DNA from: Bacillota bacterium
Lineage (GTDB): Bacteria > Bacillota > Clostridia > Christensenellales > SZUA-584
Reading direction: 5' to 3'
Assembly (NCBI GenBank): GCA_023399095.1
Contig: JAEWQS010000077.1
Location: forward strand, 2,137-66,136
DNA: 64,000 nt
The position numbers and the translations under genes were made by a program. Below the pieces are notes generated by a model. The model worked only from the letters and a program-made list of their open reading frames with translations, made no database searches and was not told where the DNA came from. Positions within the stretch are counted from its first letter, which is position 1; each line of letters opens with the position of its first letter. Of the stretch, positions 1-9,767 are shown in pieces.

Positions 1-57
1 CGAGGAAAATACAGTTCCGATAGCGGAACTGAATCAAATTATAAAGGCAGGAATACG

Positions 58-1839
58 ATGAGCGAATTTTTGCAGGGGTGGAAAAGGACTGATTACTGTA
101 CAAGCTTTTCGGTGGACGATGTCGGCAAAGACGTCACGCTGATGGGCTGGGTGCAAACGCGCCGCGACTTCGGTGCGCTGATATTTGTGGATTTGCGAGA
201 CAGAACAGGGCTTATGCAGGTCGTGTTCGACGAATCGGTGCTGGATGGCGATTTTTCGCGTGTCAGCAGCCTTCGAAGTGAATTTGTTATCGCCGTGAAG
301 GGCACCATCGTGCGCCGCGACGAGGAGACAATCAACGAAAAACTTCCGACAGGCCTTATTGAAGTGAAGGCCCGTGAGCTTAAAGTGCTGAGCCGCGCGC
401 AGACACCGCCTTTCGAGATTGAGGACGACACGGCAGTGCGTGAAGAACTGCGTTTAAAATACCGTTTTCTTGATTTGCGTCGCGCAACGATGCAAAAGAA
501 TCTGCTGGTTCGCAGCCAAATTTCGGCTGCCGCTCGCGAGTATTTAATCAGTAACGGCTTCCTTGATATCGAGACGCCTATGCTTACCAAGAGCACTCCC
601 GAGGGCGCGCGCGATTATCTGGTGCCTTCGCGCATCCATCAGGGCAGCTTTTATGCGCTGCCGCAGTCGCCGCAAACATTGAAGCAGATACTCATGATAT
701 CCGGCTTCGACCGGTATTTCCAGATTGTCAAGTGCTTCCGCGACGAGGATTTACGGGCAGACCGCCAGCCCGAATTCACGCAGATCGACCTTGAAATGTC
801 GTTCGTGGATGTGGACGATGTGATAGCCATGAACGAAGGGCTCATCGCGCACGTTTTCAAGCAGACGATGGGCATTGATATTAAGCTGCCGCTAAAACGC
901 TTGTCTTACAAGGAAGCGATGGATCGCTACGGCTCGGACAAGCCGGACACGCGATTTGACTTGGAGCTTATTAATGTGAGCGATATCGTGGCAGAAAGCG
1001 GTTTTCAGGTATTCTCGTCTGTGGTCAAGAACGGCGGCAGCGTGCGCGCCATTAACGCCAAGGGCTGTGTGGACAAGTTCGCGCGCCGCGAGATCGATGC
1101 GCTTGTGGATTTTGTCAAGATATACGGCGCCAAGGGCATGGCGTGGATATCCATGAAGGAAGACGGCATGCAGTCGCCCATCACCAAGTTCTTCACGGAA
1201 GACGAGATGGACGCGCTGCTCAAACGCCTGGGCGCAGAGACGGGCGACATCATCTTCTTTGTGGGCGATAAGGACAAAGTTGTGTACGATTCGCTGGGCA
1301 ACCTGCGCTTGAAGCTTGCAGAAAAGCTCGAGCTCATCGATGAGAGCGTGTTTGATCTGCTTTGGGTCGTGGACTTCCCGCTGTTTGAATACAGCGAGGA
1401 GGATAAGCGTTATATGGCGATGCACCATCCGTTTACCTCGCCCAAGGACGAGGATGTGGACAAGCTCGAAAGCGACCCGGGCAGCGTATATGCCAAGGCT
1501 TACGATATCGTGCTTAACGGCAACGAAATCGGCGGCGGCAGCATTCGTATTCATACCACGGAGCTTCAGGAAAGAATGCTTAAAGCGCTCGGACACTCCA
1601 AGGAGGATGCGTGGGAAAACTTCGGGTTTCTGCTGGAAGCGCTTAAATTCGGCGCACCGCCGCATGGCGGCCTTGCGTTCGGGCTAGACAGGCTTGCGAT
1701 GCTGCTCCTGGGGTGTACGTCCATCCGTGACGTTATCGCGTTTCCCAAGGTTCAGAACGCATCGTGCCTCATGACCAACGCGCCTTCGCGCGTAGAAACC
1801 AAGCAGCTTAAAGAGCTGGGTATCAAGGTGACAGAATAA
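58..1839 (+). CDS. aspS: aspartate--tRNA ligase (bacterial type)
   Basis: 593-aa ORF with class II aaRS motifs FYALPQSPQ, QIVKCFRDEDLRADRQPEFTQID, GGGSIRIH, GLAFGLDRL. Confidence 0.95.
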   Translation: MSEFLQGWKRTDYCTSFSVDDVGKDVTLMGWVQTRRDFGALIFVDLRDRTGLMQVVFDESVLDGDFSRVSSLRSEFVIAVKGTIVRRDEETINEKLPTGLIEVKARELKVLSRAQTPPFEIEDDTAVREELRLKYRFLDLRRATMQKNLLVRSQISAAAREYLISNGFLDIETPMLTKSTPEGARDYLVPSRIHQGSFYALPQSPQTLKQILMISGFDRYFQIVKCFRDEDLRADRQPEFTQIDLEMSFVDVDDVIAMNEGLIAHVFKQTMGIDIKLPLKRLSYKEAMDRYGSDKPDTRFDLELINVSDIVAESGFQVFSSVVKNGGSVRAINAKGCVDKFARREIDALVDFVKIYGAKGMAWISMKEDGMQSPITKFFTEDEMDALLKRLGAETGDIIFFVGDKDKVVYDSLGNLRLKLAEKLELIDESVFDLLWVVDFPLFEYSEEDKRYMAMHHPFTSPKDEDVDKLESDPGSVYAKAYDIVLNGNEIGGGSIRIHTTELQERMLKALGHSKEDAWENFGFLLEALKFGAPPHGGLAFGLDRLAMLLLGCTSIRDVIAFPKVQNASCLMTNAPSRVETKQLKELGIKVTE

Positions 1840-1843
1840 TAAA

Positions 1844-2275
1844 ATGGACAGCTTAACGGAACACGGGCAGGTTGTGGATGTAAAGGGCGATATCGCGCAT
1901 GTGAAGTTCATGCGCACGTCGGCATGCGGCAAGTGTCACGCTTGCGGCATGCTCTCTACACAAAATGAAATCGTGGTGCAGGTCAAAAACGAAGCTGATG
2001 CGGCCGTGGGCGATATGGTGGCTGTGAGCATACGCATGAAAAAAGCGATGGGAGCATCGGTTCTTGCCTATGTGTTTCCGCTGCTTATGCTGATTTTGGG
2101 GGTATTTTTCGGGTGGCTGCTAGTAAATGAGTGGCATATGTTTCAAAACGCCGATATCACAATGGCGCTTTGCGGCATTATTTTTGCGGTGCTGTCGTTT
2201 TTCCTGTTAAAAATAGCTGCGCCGTTATATAATAAGTCGATAGGCAATGTTTACCGTATGGTGGGCAAAAAGTAA
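1844..2275 (+). CDS. RseC/MucC-family small membrane protein (SoxR-reducing-system-like)
   Basis: 143 aa. N-terminal soluble part with CGKCHACG, followed by two hydrophobic helices. Starts 5 nt after the aspS stop. Confidence 0.6.
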   Translation: MDSLTEHGQVVDVKGDIAHVKFMRTSACGKCHACGMLSTQNEIVVQVKNEADAAVGDMVAVSIRMKKAMGASVLAYVFPLLMLILGVFFGWLLVNEWHMFQNADITMALCGIIFAVLSFFLLKIAAPLYNKSIGNVYRMVGKK

Positions 2276-2313
2276 ATGAAATACCCGATAACGAAAGATA
2301 AAAAGGAGTTATT

Positions 2314-2649
2314 ATGTCTGAAAAATCTATAACGATTACCAATTCTGATTTTGAACAAACAGTAATGGGCGCGACGCGTCCTGTGCTGATAGACTTCTGG
2401 GCTGAATGGTGCAACCCGTGCCGTATGCTGAGCGCCACGGTGGATCAGATCGCGGAAGACTATAAAGACCGCGCCATTGTCGGCAAGGTGAATATCGATG
2501 AAGAGCCGGAGCTTGCGAACCGATTTGGTGTGATGAGCATTCCCACGCTGATCGTCTTCAACGATGGCAATGTGGCGGCCAAAACCGTCGGCGTGGTGCC
2601 TAAGACAAAAATCGCGGCGATGCTGGACGAAACGCTGGGCGGTCAATAA
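2314..2649 (+). CDS. trxA: thioredoxin with non-canonical WCNPC active site
   Basis: 111 aa thioredoxin fold: DFWAEWCNPC, cis-Pro motif SIPT, GGAG RBS upstream. Codon AAC (Asn) sits where Gly is canonical. Confidence 0.85.
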   Translation: MSEKSITITNSDFEQTVMGATRPVLIDFWAEWCNPCRMLSATVDQIAEDYKDRAIVGKVNIDEEPELANRFGVMSIPTLIVFNDGNVAAKTVGVVPKTKIAAMLDETLGGQ

Positions 2650-2825
2650 CCGCACAGCCCCACATCGATCACACCACATTCAAGGAGGCTCTGATTAATT
2701 CGGCGTGCTGAAACACAGATTGCGTCAAATCAGCACACCGCATGTAATCAGTGCTTTCCTAAAAAAAGATAGTCATTTATTCTACAGTTTGATATAATGA
2801 ATTGTTAAATTAAGTGGGGGATGTT

Positions 2826-3086
2826 ATGGAACCATTAAGAGTTTCCACCAAGTCGCTGCCCAAATCCGTTGCGGGTGCTGTTGCGGCTATGATAAATGAG
2901 CATGGACATGCCGATATACTGGCCGTTGGTGCCGGCGCTGTCAATCAAGCCATTAAGGCGATTGCCATTACACGCGGATTTATGGCGCCGCGCGGCATCG
3001 AAATTGTCGTGATTCCCGCATTCGCCAATATCGAGATAGACGGCATAACAAGAACATCGATTAAGTTGGTCGTCGAGATTCGCTAG
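2826..3086 (+). CDS. spoVS: stage V sporulation protein S
   Basis: 86 aa MEPLRVSTKS...AVGAGAVNQAIKAIAI TRGF, typical SpoVS. ATG at 2826 follows a GGGGGA RBS, so the track start at 2814 is less likely. Confidence 0.9.
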   Translation: MEPLRVSTKSLPKSVAGAVAAMINEHGHADILAVGAGAVNQAIKAIAITRGFMAPRGIEIVVIPAFANIEIDGITRTSIKLVVEIR

Positions 3087-3097
3087 ACCGGGAGCGA

Positions 3098-3125
3098 AAT
3101 TCGGCAGATATGCCGATTTTTTTTT
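3098..3125 (+). terminator. rho-independent terminator after spoVS
   Basis: CGGCA-GATA-TGCCG stem-loop followed by a T9 run. Confidence 0.7.
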
Positions 3126-3229
3126 GCAGGGCAATCAAAAAGCATAATATTAGGGCGTTTCTTGCAGCATGTAAGAGCGCTTATAAGACCAGCATGGCAT
3201 ATTCTTAAAGTTATAAAGAAAAAAAGAGG

Positions 3230-6200
3230 TTGCTTTATTTGTTTTTAAAATGCATTGAAATGACGGGATTCAAGTCTTTCCCTGAGAAAACGCAAATGCA
3301 TATGAACGGGTCAATCATCGGCGTTGTGGGGCCTAATGGCAGCGGCAAGAGCAATATTTCTGATGCTGTGAGATGGGTGCTCGGCGAACAGAGCCCGCGT
3401 ATGCTGCGCGGCGGTATGATGCAGGATGTGATTTTTGCGGGCACGCAGACTCGCAAACCGCGTTCATACTGTGAGGTGACGCTCGTGTTCGATAACACGG
3501 ATGCGCGGCTTGGCACCGATTATACCGATATCGGGATATCACGTAAGCTTTACCGCAGCGGCGAGAGTGAGTATGCCATCAACAACACAAAATGCCGCCT
3601 TAAGGATATTTTGGAGCTTTTTCGCGATACGGGCATCGGCAAGGAAGGTTACTCGATCATCGGACAAGGGCGTATCGACGAAATACTAAGCGAAAAGTCG
3701 ACTGACCGCCGCCGCGTATTTGAGGAAGCCGCGGGTATCATGAAATACCGTGTGCGCAAGGAAGAGGCGGAGCGTAAGCTTGACAGAACGCGCCAGAATC
3801 TCGTTCGCGTGGAAGATATTCTGCGTGAGCAATCGTTTATGATTGAGCCGCTTAAAAAGCAGGCGGATGACGCGACGGTGTATTTGGAGCTTGGCAAACG
3901 GCTAAAAACGCTGGATGTCAACCTGTTCCTGCGCAACTACGATAAGCAAACAGAAAAGATCGCGCGGCTGGAAGCCACGAAGGTCGAGCTGGAAGAAGAG
4001 CGCGCCGAAAAGGAAAAGCTGCTTAACGATCTGACTGAGATACTTGCGCAGCAGCAGGAAGAAGCGCGCCGTTCCGAAGAACAGGGCGGAGAGCTTGCGC
4101 AGCAGATCAGCGTCAGCATGGCCGAGCTCGAACGTGTGGAAGGCGAGATCAGGCTTTGTGAAGAGCGTATCGCCAACATCGATAAAGACAGTGAGCGTGT
4201 GCGGAGCGAAAATGCCGAGGCCGAGAAAAAGATAGTGGAGCTGTCGCTCAATAAACAGACAAATTTAAGCCGCATCAAGCAGATTGAAAGCGAGCTGGAG
4301 CGGTATAAGCAAATCGCGGCAGATACATGCAAAGAGCTTGAGGCACTGACCAGTGCCGTGGAAGACCGTGTTCGTGTGATCGAGACGGTGCAGAGCGAAA
4401 AGGTTCAGAGCATCGAGAAAATGGCCGATGTGCGCAGCGCCGTGTCTGCCTTGGAAGAAAAGGGCAGCCATCTTATGCAGCGGCTCGCGGAAACCGAGAC
4501 GCAAATGGCGGCGCTGACAGAAGAAAAAGCAAAATCCGAACAGGCGCTCGTTGCGCTGGACGAAGGGCTGCAACAGCTTTCGCAAAAGTCTGGCGATATT
4601 CGCCGCCGGTTTAACGAAACGATACAAAAGGAACGCGCCGCGTCCACATATTTTGCGGAGACGCAGCAAGCCCTTGAGGCTGCGAGGCGTGAATACGCGT
4701 CCAGCGCGGCTTCGGCGAGGTTCCTTGGCGAAATGAAGGCGAGCTTCGAAGGCTATGCCGAGAGCGTAAAAAACCTCATGCTCGCGGGAAAATCCAATAA
4801 GGAGCTTGGCGGTCGCATCGTCGGCACCGTGGCAGACGTTATGTCTGTACCGGCCAAATATGAAGCCGCAGTGGAAACCTGCCTGGGCGCGGCATTGCAG
4901 AACATCATCGTTAATGATGAGTTCGACGCAAAGCAGCTTATCGCCTATCTTCGCCAGCAGAGTCTGGGGCGTGTCACATTCCTGCCGCTACAGGCACTGC
5001 GTCCGCGTTCACTTTCGGATGAAGAACGCGCCAAAATAAAAGAAAACGGCGTCTATGGCATTGCAAGCGAGCTGGTATCGTGCCATACAGCGCAAAAAGC
5101 CATCGATTTTCTGCTGGGGCGCACCGTGATCGTCAGAGACAACGATACGGCAATTCGCGTGATGAGAAACTGCAATCAGGCCTTTCGCGTGGTGACGCTT
5201 GAGGGCGATGTGTTCAACCCGGGCGGCTCCATCACGGGCGGAAGCGTGCGCCGCGAAAGAAGCGGGCTGGTCTCAAGAGATCGCCGCGAGGAAGAATTAA
5301 AGCAGCGCGCGGCCAATCTGGCCGAGCAGGTCTCGGAGCTGGAAAAAGCGCTCGAAGCGCGTAAAGCCGATCGTGACAGCCTGCAGGAAGAAATAGAGAA
5401 GCTGCGCACCGCGCTGCATGATAACGAGATTGAGGCGGCCACGGGACGCGAAAAGCGTGAAGCCTTGGTGGCAGCTGAACAGGACGCTCAGCGCCGCGGC
5501 GAAGCCTTGCAGAAGGAACGCAGTGAGCTCAAGCAAAGCCACATCGGGATCAACGAAGAAATTAAGCGGTTTGCCGCGCTGCAAAGCGATATCAAGCAGT
5601 CTAGCGAGACGCGCAGCGAGGATTATAAACGGCTGGAAGATGAATATACTAAGAATGCGGCTCAAATTGAGCTGTTAAAGCAGCGCCAGCATGATGCCGA
5701 ACTCAAAAGCGCCGAGATGTTCCGTGAAAACGCCTCGCTTATGAACGACAATCTGCGTCTTGGTATGGAACGGCAGGAGGCTGAGCGCATGCGCTCAGCG
5801 CGTAATAAGACGTTGGAACTCAACGCCGAGAGCGAGGAGAACCTAAGGCAGATAAAGGCACAGCTTGAGGAAAAACAGGGCGAGAAGAAAAACGCGCTTG
5901 AGGGTTTGAGGCAAAAGCAAAGAGACATGACACAAGGGAGAAGCGCGTCATTGCAGGCGCTGACCGAGCTGGAAGCGCTTATGGACAAGACACGAAGAGA
6001 GGGCGCCGAAGCATCTGAGAAGGCAATGCGAACGTCGTTTAACATTGAAAAGACGCAGGGCGAAATGGAAGCCGCTCAGAACAGGCTCTGGGATACGCAT
6101 CAGCTCACCTATGCAAACGCGTTGGCTGCGCGTGAGGATATCGATCTTTCAGGCGCACAGTCCGAAGCGGACGAGATTCGTGAAAAGCTGCGTGAGCTGG

Positions 6201-6802
6201 GAAGCGTGAATCCGGCTGCGATAGACGAGTATGCGGCGCTTAAGGAGCGTATGACATCGCTCACAACACAGAAGGAAGACCTTGAGAAGGCTGAGGCCGA
6301 TCTGCACAAGCTTATTGCTTCGCTGGTAGCCGAGATGCGGCGCACCTTCCGCGACAGCTTTGAGCTCATCAACAAATACTTCGGCAAGACGTTCAAAGAA
6401 CTGTTCGACGGCGGACGCGCCGAGCTGATACTTGAAGAGGGCGAGGATATCATGGAATGCGGCATCGAGATCGTTGCCGAGCCGCCGGGCAAAAAGCTGC
6501 AAAAGATCACGCTGCTGTCGGGCGGAGAAAAGGCACTCACGGCCATCAGCCTGTTGTTCGCGCTATTGAAGATTAATCCGTCGCCTGTGTGCATACTCGA
6601 CGAGATTGACGCGGCGCTGGATGAAGCCAATGTGAGAAAGTTCGCGGAATATCTGGAGAAATATACGGAGACCATGCAGTTCATCGTGATTTCACACAGA
6701 AAGCCCACGATGGCGGTCTGCAACAGTCTTTACGGGCTTGCGATGGAAGAAAAGGGTGTGTCCAAGCTGCTATCCGTACGGCTTGACAAGGAGAATGAAT
6801 GA
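3230..6802 (+). CDS. smc: chromosome segregation protein SMC
   Basis: 1190 aa. N-terminal Walker A GPNGSGKSN, long coiled coils, hinge, C-terminal LSGGEK signature and ILDEIDAALD Walker B. Start may be TTG 3230 or 3239. Confidence 0.95.
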   Translation: MLYLFLKCIEMTGFKSFPEKTQMHMNGSIIGVVGPNGSGKSNISDAVRWVLGEQSPRMLRGGMMQDVIFAGTQTRKPRSYCEVTLVFDNTDARLGTDYTDIGISRKLYRSGESEYAINNTKCRLKDILELFRDTGIGKEGYSIIGQGRIDEILSEKSTDRRRVFEEAAGIMKYRVRKEEAERKLDRTRQNLVRVEDILREQSFMIEPLKKQADDATVYLELGKRLKTLDVNLFLRNYDKQTEKIARLEATKVELEEERAEKEKLLNDLTEILAQQQEEARRSEEQGGELAQQISVSMAELERVEGEIRLCEERIANIDKDSERVRSENAEAEKKIVELSLNKQTNLSRIKQIESELERYKQIAADTCKELEALTSAVEDRVRVIETVQSEKVQSIEKMADVRSAVSALEEKGSHLMQRLAETETQMAALTEEKAKSEQALVALDEGLQQLSQKSGDIRRRFNETIQKERAASTYFAETQQALEAARREYASSAASARFLGEMKASFEGYAESVKNLMLAGKSNKELGGRIVGTVADVMSVPAKYEAAVETCLGAALQNIIVNDEFDAKQLIAYLRQQSLGRVTFLPLQALRPRSLSDEERAKIKENGVYGIASELVSCHTAQKAIDFLLGRTVIVRDNDTAIRVMRNCNQAFRVVTLEGDVFNPGGSITGGSVRRERSGLVSRDRREEELKQRAANLAEQVSELEKALEARKADRDSLQEEIEKLRTALHDNEIEAATGREKREALVAAEQDAQRRGEALQKERSELKQSHIGINEEIKRFAALQSDIKQSSETRSEDYKRLEDEYTKNAAQIELLKQRQHDAELKSAEMFRENASLMNDNLRLGMERQEAERMRSARNKTLELNAESEENLRQIKAQLEEKQGEKKNALEGLRQKQRDMTQGRSASLQALTELEALMDKTRREGAEASEKAMRTSFNIEKTQGEMEAAQNRLWDTHQLTYANALAAREDIDLSGAQSEADEIREKLRELGSVNPAAIDEYAALKERMTSLTTQKEDLEKAEADLHKLIASLVAEMRRTFRDSFELINKYFGKTFKELFDGGRAELILEEGEDIMECGIEIVAEPPGKKLQKITLLSGGEKALTAISLLFALLKINPSPVCILDEIDAALDEANVRKFAEYLEKYTETMQFIVISHRKPTMAVCNSLYGLAMEEKGVSKLLSVRLDKENE

Positions 6803-7698
6803 GCGTATTTGACAAGATAAAAGGCGGTCTGAAAAAGACGCGCGATAATATATCATCTAAGGTGGGCAGCGTGCTTGCCGCTTTCAAAAAGATTGACGAC
6901 AATTTTTACGATGAGCTGGAAGAAACGCTGATTCTTTGTGATATCGGCGTGAATGCCGTGGAAGACATTATGACGAAGCTGCGCCAGAAGGTCAAAGAAA
7001 AGTCAGTCACGGACACGGCAGCCGTCAAGCCGCTGCTGGTGGACATCATCACCGAAATGCTTACATTTAATGATAAACAGATAGACGGCGCGGGCGCAAT
7101 TCTCATCGTGGGCGTCAACGGCGTCGGCAAAACGACGGCCATCGGCAAAATGGCACATCAGTTTATTTCCCAAGGCAAGAGCGTGGTGCTCGCTGCGGCG
7201 GATACGTTCCGCGCGGCGGCGGCGGAGCAGCTCAGTATGTGGGGTGAGCGCTCAGGCGCGCGCGTTGTCAAATACGGCGAGGGAGCCGACCCGGCAGCGG
7301 TGGTTTTCGATGCCATCGATTCCGCGCAGCACCGCAATATAGATCTGGTGATTGTGGATACGGCCGGACGGCTGCATAACAAGAAAAACCTTATGAACGA
7401 GCTTTCCAAGATCAACCGTGTGATCGACAAATCCTACGACGCGGCACATAAGCGCACCTATCTTGTGCTGGACGCGACGACGGGGCAAAACGCCATTTCC
7501 CAAGCGAAGGAATTTGCGCAGGTCACCGATTTATCAGGACTGATATTGACCAAGATAGATGGTACGGCAAAGGGAGGCATCGTCTGCGCGATATGCAGCG
7601 ATATGCAGCTGCCCGTGGTTTATCTGGGTGTGGGTGAAGGCATGGAAGATTTACAGCCGTTTAACCCCCGCGCATTCGCGCAGAGCCTGATTGAATAA
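6799..7698 (+). CDS. ftsY: signal recognition particle receptor FtsY
   Basis: 299 aa with SRP-GTPase motifs [23 protein letters not shown] overlap with the smc stop. Confidence 0.95.
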   Translation: MSVFDKIKGGLKKTRDNISSKVGSVLAAFKKIDDNFYDELEETLILCDIGVNAVEDIMTKLRQKVKEKSVTDTAAVKPLLVDIITEMLTFNDKQIDGAGAILIVGVNGVGKTTAIGKMAHQFISQGKSVVLAAADTFRAAAAEQLSMWGERSGARVVKYGEGADPAAVVFDAIDSAQHRNIDLVIVDTAGRLHNKKNLMNELSKINRVIDKSYDAAHKRTYLVLDATTGQNAISQAKEFAQVTDLSGLILTKIDGTAKGGIVCAICSDMQLPVVYLGVGEGMEDLQPFNPRAFAQSLIE

Positions 7699-7713
7699 GA
7701 GATGATAATTGAG

Positions 7714-7736
7714 GCGTCGGCATACGGCGCTTTTTT
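7714..7736 (+). terminator. rho-independent terminator after ftsY
   Basis: GCGTCG-loop-CGGCGC stem (one G-T wobble) followed by T6. Confidence 0.65.
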
Positions 7737-7809
7737 ATTGCTTTTTTTATTTTGTTCGGTTAAAATAATTACAATAATTTATAAATATTAGTAGAATAAG
7801 GACATAATA

Positions 7810-8421
7810 ATGAAGAAACTAACAGTATTGATGATATTGGTCCTTTGCGCACTTATGCTTTTTGCAGGCTGCTCAGGAGTGTCCGGCACACCAAAGCAGG
7901 ATGGCTCTGAAGCTGTTGCGCAAACACAGCCAACAGAAAATGAGGATGAGACCGCTGATGCATCTGAGCCGGCGCAGACTGAAGCGGTACAAGTGCCTGC
8001 ATCCGCGTTGATTGAACCGGAGCAGCTGATATCTCAAGAAGAAGCGGAAGCACTGCTGGGTGAAGCGCTTGTGGGTGAGAAGTCGGAAAATCCTGTCGTC
8101 GGGCAAAAGATTTACTTTTATGAATCTGCTGATGAGAACTCGGATATATACTTACAGATTAGCTTGACACAGCAGGCGTTTATGGCTGAAGGCAGCACAA
8201 GTACGCCCCAGCAGCTTTACCAAGCTATCTGTGATGCTTTTGAAGCGGAATCTGTGTCTGGGTTGGGTGACGAAGCGAATATCATTCCAAGCGGTTATCA
8301 GATTATGTGCGACGGGTATTATTTGACCGTCAGCGCAGGCTATACCAACGATGACGAGGGCATTATGAGCGAAGCGAGCAAAACGGCAGTTGCAAACCTT
8401 AAGGCTTTACTGGGCAAGTAG
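7810..8421 (+). CDS. lipoprotein of unknown function
   Basis: 203 aa. Signal peptide with lipobox LFAGC, followed by an acidic linker. Confidence 0.6.
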   Translation: MKKLTVLMILVLCALMLFAGCSGVSGTPKQDGSEAVAQTQPTENEDETADASEPAQTEAVQVPASALIEPEQLISQEEAEALLGEALVGEKSENPVVGQKIYFYESADENSDIYLQISLTQQAFMAEGSTSTPQQLYQAICDAFEAESVSGLGDEANIIPSGYQIMCDGYYLTVSAGYTNDDEGIMSEASKTAVANLKALLGK

Positions 8422-8435
8422 CATTGGCCTACCAA

Positions 8436-8468
8436 GAGGGCGAGGCGCAGACTTCTCGCCCTTTTTTC
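8436..8468 (+). terminator. rho-independent terminator
   Basis: GGGCGAG / CTCGCCC stem followed by T6. Confidence 0.75.
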
Positions 8469-8501
8469 ATATTATGACATTTTTTAGGAGGGCTTATACC
8501 G

Positions 8502-9272
8502 ATGAAATATTATGTTGTCGATGCGTTTACCGACAGACTTTTTGGCGGCAACCCCGCAGGCGTATGTCTGCTGGATGCGCCGCTCTCCGATGAGGTGTTG
8601 CAAAATATCGCCTTTGAAAACAACCTCTCCGAAACAGCTTTGGTGCTTGGAAAAGATGGGGATTATGACCTGCGTTGGTTCACGCCTAGCGTCGAGATCG
8701 ACCTTTGCGGCCATGCTACATTGGCGAGTGCTTCCGTGCTATCCATGCACCAAGCAGACACCGAACGCTTTGTATTTCATACCAAAAGCGGCAAGCTGAG
8801 CGTTACACGAAGCGGAGACGATTACTTTCTTGATTTTCCGTCACGTCCGCCTGTTGTGTGCGAGAAGCCCGCAGTGCTGGAAGAGGCGCTGGGTGTTCAC
8901 GTGATCGAAACGTATATCGCTCGCGATATGCTCGTTGTTTTGGAATCCGAGGAAACGGTACGTCAGCTTAAGCCAAATCTGGAACTGATCAAAAAGATCA
9001 ATGCGTTTGGCATTATTGTGACGGCAAAAGGGGAGAGTGTCGATTTTGTGTCGCGTTTCTTTGCGCCGGGTGCGGGAATCGATGAAGATCCGGTCACAGG
9101 TTCCTCGCACTGTACGCTGATTCCATATTGGAGCGAGAAGCTCGGTAAAACGGAAATGAACGCAGCACAGCTCTCACAACGCGGCGGCACGCTGCGCTGC
9201 ATCGACGATGGGGAACGTGTTAAAATCGGCGGCAATGCGGTTCTCTATATGGAAGGTGACATTCGCCTGTAA
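8502..9272 (+). CDS. PhzF-family isomerase
   Basis: 256 aa. MKYYVVDAFT...GNPAGV N-terminus and EDPVTGSSH motif typical of PhzF/YddE. Confidence 0.8.
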   Translation: MKYYVVDAFTDRLFGGNPAGVCLLDAPLSDEVLQNIAFENNLSETALVLGKDGDYDLRWFTPSVEIDLCGHATLASASVLSMHQADTERFVFHTKSGKLSVTRSGDDYFLDFPSRPPVVCEKPAVLEEALGVHVIETYIARDMLVVLESEETVRQLKPNLELIKKINAFGIIVTAKGESVDFVSRFFAPGAGIDEDPVTGSSHCTLIPYWSEKLGKTEMNAAQLSQRGGTLRCIDDGERVKIGGNAVLYMEGDIRL

Positions 9273-9318
9273 GGAATACATAAGCAGAATGGTATCTGCT
9301 TATTCAGGATATTTACGC

Positions 9319-9346
9319 TTGACAACGCCGAACAAATCATTATAAT
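9319..9346 (+). promoter_or_regulatory. sigma-A-type promoter for ylxM-ffh operon
   Basis: TTGACA-N16-TATAAT. An 8-bp hairpin (CTGTAAAG/CTTTACAG) lies in the leader at about 9349-9373. Confidence 0.5.
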
Positions 9347-9431
9347 AGCACTGTAAAGTATTTTAGCTTTACAGCATTTCGGGGTTTCAGTAAGCAACGT
9401 TTTTTGGGGCGCGATTTCGGGTGGTGCGGTT

Positions 9432-9767
9432 TTGGAGAAGGATTTTGATACAGTGCTGCTGCTGGATACATACGCAGGATTATTAACAGATAAGCAACAG
9501 CGTTTGTGCGACATGTATTACAATCAGGACTATTCTCTGGCCGAGATTGCCGGGATTGAGGACACAACGCGGCAAGCCGTAAGAGACGGCATTGCCAAGG
9601 CTCGGCAGAAGCTGCTCTGTTTCGAGCAGTGTATCGGGCTGAACGGCCGCCGCGAAAAGACGATGGACGCATTAAGCCGTGCCCGCACGATGTGCGGGGA
9701 GCGGAGCGAACTAAAACAACTGATCGACGAGATATCCGATATATGGGAGAGTTCAGATGGCATTTGA
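9432..9767 (+). CDS. ylxM: YlxM-family (UPF0122) HTH protein
   Basis: 111 aa. Position immediately upstream of and overlapping ffh. YYNQDYSLAEIA HTH signature. Confidence 0.8.
   Translation: MEKDFDTVLLLDTYAGLLTDKQQRLCDMYYNQDYSLAEIAGIEDTTRQAVRDGIAKARQKLLCFEQCIGLNGRREKTMDALSRARTMCGERSELKQLIDEISDIWESSDGI

Noticed and set aside
16-36. Hairpin CAGTTCCG-ATAG-CGGAACTG just upstream of aspS, as a possible T-box or terminator remnant
   Set aside because: It is truncated by the window edge, has no T tract and no specifier or T-box sequence is visible.
892-1665. 257-aa minus-strand ORF. Similar long antisense ORFs occur at 6109-6723, 9972-10658, 19870-20448, 30326-31090, 34208-34921, 34997-35650 and 42537-43211
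   Set aside because: All are nested antisense within strongly supported conserved genes (aspS, smc, ffh, the ferredoxin gene, vanW-like, feoB, purH). They lack RBSs and have Ser/Arg/Ala-rich shadow-frame composition.
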